Shown: piece by piece, positions 53,562 to 64,000 of the stretch
Layout of the letters: each line of letters starts with the position of its first letter
How positions within the stretch are numbered: position 1 is the stretch's first letter
NCBI GenBank assembly: GCA_004431415.1
Contig: QPMI01000093.1
Location: forward strand, 1 to 64,000
Reading direction: 5' to 3'
DNA from: Cyanophora paradoxa CCMP329
Taxonomy: Eukaryota; Plantae; Glaucophyta
Length of the DNA: 64,000 nucleotides
Program-made: the position numbers and the translations under genes
The notes under the pieces: generated by a model
Databases searched by the model: none
What the model was told of the DNA's origin: nothing
What the model saw: the letters and a program-made list of their open reading frames with translations, nothing else

Positions 53562-54297
53562 TCGCTTCGCGCGGGGGCGTCAAGAGGCCGCACAGGTGCG
53601 CCCAGAAGCGCGAGCGCGTCTCCGGCCCCTCTTCCCCCGCACCGCCTTACCCCCGTTGGCCCGCAGGTACCGCCGAGGTGCGCCGCCCCGATCCCCCCGC
53701 CGGGCCCCGCCGGCTCCGCGGCTGAGCGCTGAGGACGGTCGCCCCCATCCTCGTCCTCCTCGCCTCCCTCGTTCCTGACCCGGTCCCGCCCTCAGATCCG
53801 CAAGTACCAGAAGACCCTCAATCCCCTCATCGCCTACACGCCCTTCGATCGCCCTTCGGGCGCCCGCGCGGGGCGGTGCGGGGGGCGATGCCGACGGGGG
53901 CGCGCGGGGCGCAGGTCAAGGAGCTGGCCCAGGACGAGTTCAAGCGCCGGCGCGAGGCCGGCTTCACCTGCGAGGACCTGCGCTGGCAGAAGGAGGCAGA
54001 AGGAGGCGATCGAGGCGCTGCGCGAGGCGGCCGAGATGCACCTGATTTGAGGGGGCCAACCTCGCGGCGATCCACCGCATCCGCACGACCATCCAACCCA
54101 AGGCACGCCCCACCACCTCGCGCTCGCCCTCGCACGCGCCGGCGGCTGACGCCGCCCGCCGCTTACTAGTTACACACGCAGGATATTCAGGTGCCCCCGC
54201 CCCCTCTGCCCGCCGGCGGGCTCGATTCCCGTCCTCCCCCGACCGGCGGGATGCGCGATCGCAGCTCCGCCGCAAGATTCGCGGCGAGGACGAGTGA
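53562..54297 (+). pseudogene. Divergent histone H3 variant (CenH3/CENP-A-like signatures), intron-rich, disrupted in this copy
   Basis: H3 blocks appear collinearly, separated by introns: GGVKRPHR (to 53595) | YRRG (53667-53677) | TVA (53735-53743) | IRKYQKTLNPLIAYTPF(D/G)R (from 53796) | VKELAQDEFKRRREAGFTCEDLRWQKEA-IEALREAAEMHL..FEGANLAAIHRIRTTIQPK (53915-54102) | DIQ (54182-54190) | LRRKIRGEDE* (54265-54297). Lesions: LRE and two splice donors are missing, there are 11-bp and 10-bp tandem duplications, and an ~8-bp deletion near 54045. The N-terminal tail was not identified. Confidence 0.88.
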
Positions 54298-54687
54298 GGC
54301 GGGCTCGGCTACGGCGCGCGGCGAGGGGGCCGCGAGGCCCAGGGCCGGCTCGGCGGGTCCCCCGACGCCCTCGGGTCCTGCAGGCACTGAACGTTTCTGT
54401 CGAATCCGCCGAGCCCTCTGCGGTCGTCTCTGCCGAGCCGAGCGCTGGGGCGCGCATGCACGCACAAGAGGGCCGCGCCTCCTGAACCCAGCCCGCGGCG
54501 ATGAGACCGAGGGCGCACGAGTTGGCTGAGCTTGGCTCGTACATTCGTCGGCAGCACTCGAGCTCGGTGCACGTGGGCCTGCGAAAAGGAAAAGCAGCCG
54601 GTCCGGATCCCGAGCTCTCTCGTCGTCGTCGTCTCTAGATCTAGATCCGGCCTGAGCTGCGGGCGGCGGGTTCAAACGTCCCAACAG

Positions 54688-57291
54688 TCGCGTGAGACCT
54701 GGGCACCTTTCGATTCGGCACCAGCAAAAAGCGTCACCGCGGCCGTTTTCGGCGAGCTCACAGCAGAGTATGGGGGGGGTACCCATGGTAGCATTAGTTT
54801 GTATGGGACTGCGGCCCCCCCCCCTGACCATTCTGTGCAGTAACCATCAGCGCGCCGGGCGACGCGCTAGCACGCTCGTCGTCCTTAGCTAGGCCTTCCG
54901 GGCAGTGTGAAAGCAGTCCGGCCGACGGGGGCGCTCTGGCTCGGGAGATCGACTTGTAGCTAGTGCGGGTCGGCCGGGCCATCGGGGAGGCGCCCAGCGA
55001 CCAGCTCACCGCATCATTAGTGAGCCTGGCATGCCGCAGACGAGCGGGCGCGCCACGCCCCGCCGCCTCTGGTCCGCTGGACTCTCCGAAAAGGTAACCG
55101 CCGCGCACTGCGAACGAAGGATCGGCGGAAGCTGACCACCGGCGTCGCAGCGCCGACGCAGGACGTTACGAACGTAATGTGCATCTGATGAGAGTCTGCT
55201 GGTGCGCTGGGCTGGTCGCCGCGCGACCGGCCTGACCGACGCCCCCGCCAGGAGGCCGTGCACCAGCCGCGCATCTCGCCGGCGGGGCGCAGGTGCAGCC
55301 TCGCCTAGCATATGCGACTTAGCTAAGCTAACAGTGCTGATCAATGCTCGCAGCGCGCGCCGGGCGCCGCTCCTGGGCCGCCCGCTCTTGGTGGTGGTCG
55401 CCGCCCCTACGGAGTCGCCGTGGTGCGGGCGCGACCTTTTGCGTCCTTTCTTCAGCTTTGTTTTGATGTATACTACATGCAGGCAACCTGTGCGCACGGT
55501 GGGGCTCTTCGGGGCGGGCGTTTCTGGCGGAGAACGCCACCTGGTCCCCCTTCTGGGCCAGATCCCGCTGCTCCCCGTCGCTCTCCGCGTCTTCCTTGGA
55601 TAGCGCATCGTCTAGATGGTTATGTACAATGAATCTACGCGTTTCCCCGCTGCCGCGCCCGCGCCCCCGTCCCAGGATTTGGGTGTCACCACTGCACTGC
55701 TCCAGCAGAGCGCCCTGTGCGCCCAGCACGTCCTAGGGCGGCCGAGATGGATGGAAACATAGTATATTACATAGAAGCACATTCGGGAACGATCCAACGC
55801 GTCCGGGAAGCGCGGGCAAGGCCTAGGGGTCCGAGCCTGACCCCAAGTCCTTGCCACCACCACCGCCAGCCACCGAACGCAGCACGGCGCCCTGCACAGC
55901 GTGCGCGTGGTGCGAAACATAGTTAGTCTTGCGCAGGAACGCAGCTGGCGCGTGGGCTCTGCCGGGATGCGCACCGGAAGCGACCAGCACTGCGGCAGTG
56001 GCGGGCACCAAGCCAGAACGCGCGGCGGAGCCGCCCTGTGCTCCCGGCGTAAGCTGTTGACACAGCTGATGCCGCCTATGTGCTGCGGGCGACCGGCGAG
56101 GTCACAGGTGACCGGCGGCGGGCGAGCGGGCGGGCGCAGCGGGCGGACGGGACGGACTTCACTCCCGAGAGCGGACGATGGCGCCGATCGTCATGAAGCA
56201 TGTTCAACATCTAAGAACACTGTTGAAGCACGTTAGGCCCACGCAGCAAGAGCGCCCGGGTCGCCGCACCTTCGAGAGCACGCCGCTCGGCGGGCGAGCG
56301 GGGCGGGCGGGCTGTAGCACCGCCAGTGCTGTTTGTATGACCTATGCGTTGCTCCTGATACGCTGGCTGGTAGCCCGGCCGCCGCCGCCGCCATCCGACC
56401 TCGCTGGGCGCGCGACAAAGTCCGAAGTCCGACCCAGACGGACAGGGCTGAGAGCGGACGACCAACTAGAGCTCGACGCGCTACATGGAAAAGCGATGCT
56501 CGCCGGAAGCGCTGATGCAGGGGTTTCACGGCGGACGCTGCCGAAGTTGTTTTTTTCAGCCCACCGGGGGTGCCACTTTTCCCATACAAACTAATGCTAC
56601 CATGGGTACCCCCCCATACTCTGCTGTGGCTCGAGCTGCAAGACCGCGACGGAACTCGGTTCGCGGCAGCAACAGCCCCGACGGCTGCGGGCGCACCGCA
56701 AAAGCCCCCTGGCTCGTCTAGGGCTCTGGGCACGGCGGAGACGAGGTGCGCAAAGCGGACCGCGCGCCACGCGACCGATATCGAAAGCTAGCGCTCGCCG
56801 CCGCTTGCTCGAGCCCTGCGGCCGCCACCGCCGACACCTCGCCTTTGAATCCGCAGGTAGGGCACGCGTCCGAAGATCATACCGGGCGGCGGGCCCGGAA
56901 GCTCGCGCGTCGACGTCGGCTTGCTTGCGCGCGCGCACGGATCCGGACGGAGCTGGCCAAGGCCACCAAGGCGGCGAGAAAGGCGGCCACCAGGCTCCGC
57001 GGCATCGCCTTGCAGGCCTCGCAGAAGCGAAAGCGCGAGAACCGGAGGCCTCGCAGGCCCTGGCCGGGGAATTCGAACCGGAGCCGTCCGCTGCCTGGGC
57101 AGGCCCCGGCGGTCAGCCGGGCCGGGAAGAGGCGGAGGCAGCCCCGCGGCGTGTTCTCCCGCGCACTGCGGCAGGGGAGAGCGTCGGCAGCAAGAGCTGC
57201 CGCAGGAGCCGCCGGGGGCCGCCGCCGCGCGGCAGACGGTTCGCCGCCGCAGCGGCGGCGCGGCGCGCCGGCGCCGAGGCTTCCCCGTTAA
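54688..57291 (+). pseudogene. Possible low-complexity gene whose exon is interrupted by the TIR element
   Basis: Removing the element and one TSD restores a continuous frame, SRETWAPFDSAPAKSVTAAVFGEL-ELQDRDGTRFAAATAPT...GTAET. It is bounded by a CAG acceptor (54685-54687) and a GTGCGC donor (56746), followed by a Lys/Arg-rich frame. No homology was recognised. Confidence 0.3.
54759..56628. mobile_element. Non-autonomous TIR DNA transposon (1870 bp), CACAG...CTGTG termini, 3-bp TSD GCT; EnSpm/CACTA-Chapaev (CMC)-like
   Basis: TIRs at 54759-54808 (CACAGCAGAGTATG8TACCCATGGTAGCATTAGTTTGTATGGGA) and 56580-56628 are identical apart from G8 versus C7. GCT flanks both ends directly. No transposase ORF is recognisable inside. 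Confidence 0.9.
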
Positions 57292-57949
57292 CGTTATAAT
57301 AACGTTACGTATTGGCCATGGTGTTGCCCGGCCGCCACCCCGCGGTCCCCGCCGCTGGGTGGTCGCGATGCTGATAGTTGTACTCTTTACTCTGTTTTCC
57401 TCTGCTTTTCTTTTGGATCTCGGCGCCCTGCCACCTTGAATCTGTTCACGCCCCCGAGGGGCGCCTCTTTCAATTTCTATTTCAATTTCCCTGGCTTGAT
57501 AGATAGATATATTATAGATATCGATGTAACGTAATTAATTCTGATCGCGGCCCGCTGATCGCGCGCGCCCTCGGGGGCAAAGTTCAAATCTGAAGAAAAG
57601 CGCCAGCGACCGGCCTGACGGCTCCTTGAGGCCGGGGGGGGGAGGGGGGGGGGGGGGGGGCCTGGGGAATCCCCCATTCACCCCCCTGAAACACCCCCTG
57701 CAGCCCCAAGCTCCAGGAGGGAACTTCGGAATTCAATGATCCACACTAGTACTCGGAGGAATGTGGCACGTGCCGCAGTGCGTGCACGTGCATAGTTGTT
57801 ATCCTTGTACATGTTCAGTTTCTCGCCAATATTAATGTCCCTGGAATGTCCGCTTTTCGAGTTGCAATGAATACGGACATTTTCTGAAGATGGCTCGAGC
57901 TCAGCTCGTGGGCCGCGGCCGGGCTCGTGATCAGGATCCGCAAATGCAG

Positions 57950-58240
57950 CTGGCATGATATATCGATCATGCATTAGTATGATTCAAATGATTAATGTGT
58001 TAAATTAGACGTCACACTGCCGCGTAGCATATGCATGATCATACGTAGCTATAATATTCATCCGATGATATCGATCATGATCATATGCATAGCATGATCA
58101 TGATATCGATGTGCGACAGGCCTAGCGGCCAAATTATTTTAAAAGCCCGGCAGCTGCAGCCTGGCCGTGCGCTAGCTATACATACAGCTGCCTGCCGAGT
58201 TTTGAATTTTCTAGCTTATATATATCGATATATCATTGTA
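57950..58240. other. AT-rich tract saturated with short palindromes (CATG, GATC, ATAT, TCGA, TGCA)
   Basis: For example GATGATATCGATCATGATCATATGCATAGCATGATCATGATATCGAT at about 58063-58110. Confidence 0.7.
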
Positions 58241-58369
58241 GTCGGCGTCTCGGAGTCTCAGCTGCAGAGCCCCCGCGCTGCGGGAGCGCGTCTGTTAGCC
58301 CAGACGCGTGCACGTCTCTCACGTCAACCATCTGGATCGTAATCTGTGGCTCTAGACGAGCTTGAGCGT

Positions 58370-59921
58370 ATGCCGCGATCAGAGCAGAACCGGGCGACAG
58401 CCAACTTCGACCTTGCCCCGCTGCAGGCGGAGTGGCAGCGGCTGTTTCCGACTAGCGCTGTGCCATTGACAGTGCTCACGCTTGTTACTGTTGCGACCGT
58501 CGCCCAGCTCTATCCGCCAACCTTCAGTTATGCTAGCATCATTCCTCCGACTGCTTGGACCTTCTACACGCAGCCGGCCTTCGATGCGCTACAGCAGCTG
58601 ATCACTGAGCGTGTGAGCGCTCTTACCAGCGAGCCAGCGCATTCGGTCGCGCGCTGGGGTCGCGGTTTTCTTGTGATCTTCAGTAGTACTGCGCATTGTG
58701 AGCGGTTCCTGACATCGGTCGGTGCAGCTGGCCTCCAGTTGGCCGTTCCAGCCCTTGGCATTCTTGCGGCCGCTTGGATTGTCGGCCGTGAGCCGACGCC
58801 GCCGGCGGGCGGTCTGCCTCCTGACCCTGGCCAGCCGCCGCTTCAGCGCCCGCAGGGCCAGGATCACTGGATCTGGCTTGAGAAGTTTCAGCATCGGCCC
58901 GATGAGGACCCTATCCGCCATTGGCTGGCGCAGCGCGGCCTGAAAGTCCGGCACATTCATTATCAGCAGCGGGGCATGCCAGCCGGGATTATGAAGATCT
59001 ATCTCTCTGAGCTGCCCCCGCTCGATGTGCAAGTTGCTCTTCCTAATACGGTTACCTTTGGCGACGGGCTTGAGCTTCGTGTGGCGGCCAGCTGGCGGGA
59101 CTGCCGCCTGTATGGTTGCGGAGGCCGGCCTCACCTTCCTCATCCCCTAGCTGACCATCACCCCTCTCTCTCTGAATTTCATACCTCCAAACTCTCCGCC
59201 GCGTCCACTCCGTCCTCAGCGTCCCGGCCTCAGAAGGCGGCCCGCAAGGAGACAGCCGCAGCTGGGCCCAGCGCAGCTGCAGATAAGCCTGCAGCTGATC
59301 AGTTTACTTATTCTTACCCAGCAACTGGCCCGCGTTGGACAGAGGCAACTGGTCCTATGGGCCTTGAGCTCTCCGCCCCGCCAGGGCCTGACGGACAGCT
59401 CTCCAAGCCTGCCCACCGCATTGTCTTCCCCCTTCAGGCCATTCTCCAAGCCCGGGCCGGGAAGGCCTCTGCCGCACCTCCCGCCCCCTCTGGCTCCGCT
59501 GGCGGCCCTTCGGACATGGCTATAGACCCGGTGAGCTCTTTCTTTTTGTTCAGATCTAATAGGGGTGTACAGTTGGTGGCCCCCCCGGCTGCGCTGCAGT
59601 TGGGGTTGTGGACTGCCAAAGCTGCACTGCAGCTGCGGCATGATGCCAAGGCTGCGCTGCAGCTGCGGCACCTTGAACTTGCAATTGTTCTGATCTGGGC
59701 TTTAAAACTGGATTACTGTTTAAATACGATGCATAGACATCTCATAAATTGGCACTCTTATTACTTTTTTCAACTCGCCCTCACCTTGTTTCTGAGCGCA
59801 GCCCGCTGGCCTGCCCACGGAGATGACGAACATGCAGATCGCTGCCGCCGGCCGTACAATTCCAACACGCGTTCGGGGTGCCGGTTCTGGCACTGGTGCC
59901 GGTTCTGGCACTGGCAAGTAG
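58370..59921 (+). CDS. LINE ORF1 (RRM-like region, degenerate Cys/His knuckle, Pro/Ala-rich tail); probable intron 59531-59801
   Basis: A long ORF lies directly upstream of ORF2. It includes GFLVIFSSTAHCERFL, WIWLEKF...PIRHWL...LPNTVTFG and CRLYGCGGRPH. Splicing GTGAG(59531)..GCAG(59801) gives DMAIDP|PAGLPTEM...GSGTGK*. The unspliced frame stays open to 59995. Confidence 0.75.
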
Positions 59922-60002
59922 GGTCGTCTCGTATTTTGCCCTTCTTCAATTTAAGCTTGTACATAGTTTTCTCTGGATTCTTTAAACCACCGTGATCATA
60001 CT

Positions 60003-63000
60003 ATGGCCATCAATATTGTCTCCCTGAACGTTGCAGGGAAATTAGTAGGAGACACAAGCTTCTGTGCTTCACTTGGTATGCACCACGTTGATTATCTCCT
60101 TAAGTGTGCTCGTGAACAGTCTCGCAAATCCATAGTTTGTTTACAGGAAACTCACGTATCGAGTAAAGTAGACGCTGCTTTTCTGAAAGGCAAGTGGGGG
60201 GCTACCCTTCGTACTGGGCTTTCAATCCAGAAGTTGCCAGTCAAGGTGTAGCTACTCTCTTCCCTAATAAGCGATTTAGCATTACCTCGCTAGCTCCTGC
60301 ACAGAGTTCCCGGCTGCAGCTGTTCCTGTTGCGCTCTGGAACTGTAAATATTTACCTGTGCAACATTTACGCACCTGTTCAGGATGCTGAACGGTTAGGC
60401 TTCTACGAGACATTGTGTCATACTCTGGAGTCGGTCGTTCCTGTGGGGTCCCATTTAATCTTATGTGGTGATTTTAACTTTCACCTTTTGCCTTCTGACG
60501 CGAACAGTACTTCGGGGCGGGTGTCGCCCCCTGCATCCTTTGAAGCGGTTTGCTCGCAATATCAACTCCAGGATGTTGCATCGCTTTGTACGGATGAGCG
60601 CCGGTCTAATCGATTTAAAACGTTTTATCGGACTAATGCCCAGGCAGCCTCGGGGGCCGTCGAATCTCGTCTAGATTATTTCTTTGTCTCTCAATCCCTA
60701 CTCGCATGGAACCCAGTGCTCGTCCCATGGATGAAATACACTTCCAGACATCTTGATAGGCCTCTTTCTGATCACATTGGAATTCAACTCACGCTGTCCC
60801 CTCCAGTTCATCAGCGTGGGCCGGGTCGCTGGAAGATGCGATGGGACCTTTATGGGAAGAACCCAGCGTATCTCGCTGAAATTCGGAAGGTTTTTCAGAT
60901 GTGGCGTGCTGAGTGGCCTTCGCCTGCATCCGATTCTATTCTTCGCTTCGAAGCTCTTAAACGGTATCTACAGACTGCTCTCTCTGCGTGGGAGTCGACT
61001 GAGCGGCGCAAGAATAAGTCGGCTTACTGGTCTGCCATGAAACGTCTCGAACGTCTCATCACCGCCTATTCGCAGGGCGAGATCTTACGGGACAGTTTCT
61101 TGAGTGGCCGCTCTGCTCTTTATAGAGAGCTGCGGGAGCGCATGCCTCAAGTGTGTAGGGCTGCCGTTCAAGCTGACTCGCTATTCTCAAGTCAGAACGA
61201 GGCCACATCGAGGCGGGAGTTTTTCACTCATTATTTCGGAACTGCTGAGCAGGAGACCGGATGTGAGAATAAACTCCGGCCGGCCAACACCCCGGATCCC
61301 TCTTATGCTTCTGATAATCCCTTTGTGCTTATGACGTTGTCGGCAGCTCATTTCGCTGATTTATACGATGGTCAGCAAGCTCAAAGTGTGGTGGCGGCGC
61401 ATCGTGATGAACGGGCTGAATGTGCGTCACTGTATGCGCCTTATAAACTCATTCCGCGGGAGGCCGTGGATCTCGATACCCCACTGGCCGCCTATGAATT
61501 GTTGCAATCGTTTAAGGATATATCTGGGCTTAGAAAATCCCCTGGACTTGATGGTTTAGTACCTGAATTTTATAGTACTTTCTGGGGCGACATTGGTCCA
61601 GATTTTATGGAATACCTTAAGGCTATGCATAATCGGAAGGCGGCCCCTGGCTCGCTACGAGATATCCTCATTGTCCCAATTCCGAAACCTGGTACGGATG
61701 CGACTTTGGTCACTAACCGTCGGCCTATCGCTCTATCGAATGTAGAGGAGCGAGCAGTCGAGCGGGCATTATCTAACCGCTTGACCCCTATCATGCCCCG
61801 CTTAATATCAAAATATCAGTCGGGTTTTATCACCAAACGTTCTGCGGTGCATCAATTTATGCTCGTATATTTATTGATGTATTATGAGGGGATAATCCCG
61901 ATCTCGAGGAACTTTGTTTGGGGTTCCTTGATTTCTCCAAAGCCTATGATCGGGTGAATTGGGAGTTTCTTTTCTGGACCTTGAATCAATATGGATTTGG
62001 GTCATACTTTACTGACTGGGTCCGTCTTTTGTATTCTGATCTGTCGGGATGATCCATATTAATGGCTGGACAACGCCTCGGTTTCCCATCCGGTGCGGAG
62101 TCCGGCAGGGTGGTCCTCTATCGCCATATCTATATAATTTGTGTGCGCATCTATTAATCATGTTAATCGATACTGAACCCCGTATACGCGGGGTGCAAAT
62201 TTCTGGGCGGTCCATATGCAAGGTCCTCCAGTTTGCTGATGATACTGTTCCCCTTATTGCCTCCTTTGCGGAATTCCCCATTTGGGACGCTCTCATTAAG
62301 AAATTTCAACGGTTAACAGGGGCGAAAATTAATCTCGAAAAATCGCATATACTACCCATGCACTCAAATTTATCTCTTCCACCTGATTGTCCTTTTGAGC
62401 GTATGAAGGTTGATCCTTCTGAGATTTCCGCAGATGCCAAGATCGCCAAATATCTCGGGTTCCCTCTGGAGCTAGTGCATGACCGGTTTTGGAATAAAAA
62501 GACTGCTGCTCTCGTTCTGCGCGCACAGTCAGTTAACCGGAATCGGATGCCTCTACGCTCTGGTGTTTTACTTGCGTGGGCTGCTATTGTGGGATCACTA
62601 CATTATCCGCTGTATATTTTAGAACCGGGAGGTGATCGTTATAAAGCTTGGAGTAATTTAATCCGCAACTTTTCGGGTGTACGCGGCTCCGTATCTACAT
62701 ATGTTACGGCGCTTCCGTTTAAAGACGGTGGATTAAATTGCCCAGATATTGTTACGTTTTCGCTGGCTTTAAAATCTAAATGGCTTGCCTTCCTTAACGA
62801 CCCGGCCTGTTCAGCTCCTTGGAAGGAATATATTCAATACCAAATAGACCGTCAGTTGGCTCCATTCTCTTATGCTAATGTCATTTTGGGGCTTGATGTG
62901 TCTGCCATCTTGCCAAGATTGCATTTGCCACCGCTTTGGCAGATGCTGTTTGAGGCGTGGCGAGATCGTCAAGCCGTTGCATCTCCTACAACCGTGCATC

Positions 63001-64000
63001 AAATTTTGACCCAGCCTATTTTTCTTAATCCTTTATATGTTCTTCCTAGTGACATTGCAGCACAGACACATACTGAGTTTGCGAGAGCCGGTGTACAGCG
63101 CGTCGCTGACATTTGGGATGTACAGTTGCACCGATTTCGTGCTCCCCCTGCAATGCTAGTTGATTATACTGCTGCCTTTGATCAAATTTGTCGTGCCCTG
63201 CCATCCAGTTGGCTTACAACGCTTACTGCTAATGCCGTACTGGAACGTTTCTTATGGTATAAATCGAAAGATGATAAATATGTGTATCTGAGGGGTCCCT
63301 CGGGCTTTTTTGTGGCCTTCCCTCTTTTTGAAGGTGAGATTGTCCCACGGGTGTTGGATTTCGTCCCGTGGCCCCGTGGCCGCCCTCCAGATCCGCTCTT
63401 GTACCCTGGCGTACCAGCTGGCCTCTTGCCGCTTCATGTGCTCTCCTCCCAGTATTTTATTTCTTTGCGCAGAGGTTCGCGTCCAATTCTGGTTTCGCTT
63501 GGCACGGGTTCGACAGCTACGCTTTCCTACAGCAATTTTGCTTTCACATTCGATAAGATGCTCACGCTTCAGGGCTTTTCTGTTCGGCGCTTTTACCAGC
63601 TCGAGGTACAGCGACTGTGGCGGGTGCGGAGTAGGGCTAAGATGCCTTCAGAACACTGGGGTCTGGATCTCCCTCTTAATCGCGTGTCTCAGCTCGTCGC
63701 CCTTCGTGCCTTTCCTATGCTGTGGCTCGATGTCCTCTTCCGTCTCCGATATAAGGCTTTCCCATCTTTACAACGGCCGCCGGTCGCGGCTATTTTCTGC
63801 CGCGCTTGTAATGATGGGCAGCATCGTTCAGTGCGGCACGTTTTCTTTGATTGCCCTGTGGTGCAGGGTTTTTGGCGGGCCATGCATGCTGAGCTCACAT
63901 CCTTAGCAGAGGCTTTGCCCGAGGACGTGCAGCCCTCTTTACCATTGCCTCCTATTACGTTCTCCGCTATTCTAGATCCACAAGTTCCCGGTGTTGCGGG
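60003..64000 (+). CDS. LINE ORF2: APE endonuclease + reverse transcriptase + C-terminal CCHC; three -1 frameshifts in G runs (~60200, ~61890, ~62048); incomplete at window end
   Basis: APE motifs: SLNV, CLQETH, NIYAP, GDFN, SRLDYFF, SDH. RT motifs: KSPGLDG..EFY, RRPIALSN, LDFSKAYDRV, GVRQGGPLSP, FADD (62232-62243), KYLG, LPFKDGGLNCPD..KW. The knuckle CRAC-x9-H-x4-C is at 63798-63854. The frame is stop-free from about 62049 to 64000. Confidence 0.95.

Larger units (their letters stand above)
58240..64000 (+). mobile_element. Non-LTR retrotransposon, L1/Tx1-type (ORF1 + APE-RT-CCHC ORF2), 3' end beyond the window; 5' boundary approximate
   Basis: It has two tandem ORFs with diagnostic motifs (see the ORF entries) and a lower GC content than the flanking host genes. 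Confidence 0.93.

Noticed and set aside
54759-56628. Transib/RAG-like (RSS) transposon
   Set aside because: The 5-bp flanks differ (GAGCT versus GCTCG), only a 3-bp TSD is present, and there is no nonamer or RAG1-like ORF.
57634-57700. Poly-G tract followed by CCCCCCTGAAACACCCCCTG resembling a hAT-like terminus
   Set aside because: No matching opposite end or TSD was found in the window.
62009-63906. Short ORFs listed over the LINE 3' half
   Set aside because: They are alternative-frame shadows of ORF2, whose true frame has no stop before the window end and so is absent from the track.

Overview
This is a eukaryotic, GC-rich window with short spliceosomal introns (GT/GC-AG, about 60-100 nt), probably from a protist or alga. 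Bases 1-47758 are one head-to-tail satellite array: a 338-bp unit of about 73% GC, roughly 140-145 copies, open at the left edge. All ORFs called inside the array are artefacts. Directly against the array's right edge is a compact cluster of chromatin-type genes that the ORF track misses because of introns. (1) A 5-exon SET-domain lysine methyltransferase gene on the minus strand stops about 130 bp from the array. (2) A multi-exon gene with CxxC..CxxC and SAP/HeH-like motifs lies head-to-head with it, only 60 bp ATG-to-ATG. (3) A disrupted, highly divergent histone H3 variant has CenH3/CENP-A-like signatures. Next comes a 1.87-kb non-autonomous TIR transposon (CACAG termini, 3-bp TSD). An L1/Tx1-type LINE then runs off the right end; its ORF1 has an apparent intron and its ORF2 encodes APE, RT and a CCHC motif. 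The satellite + SET + H3-variant juxtaposition is the best candidate for an undescribed system, but a functional link is inference only.
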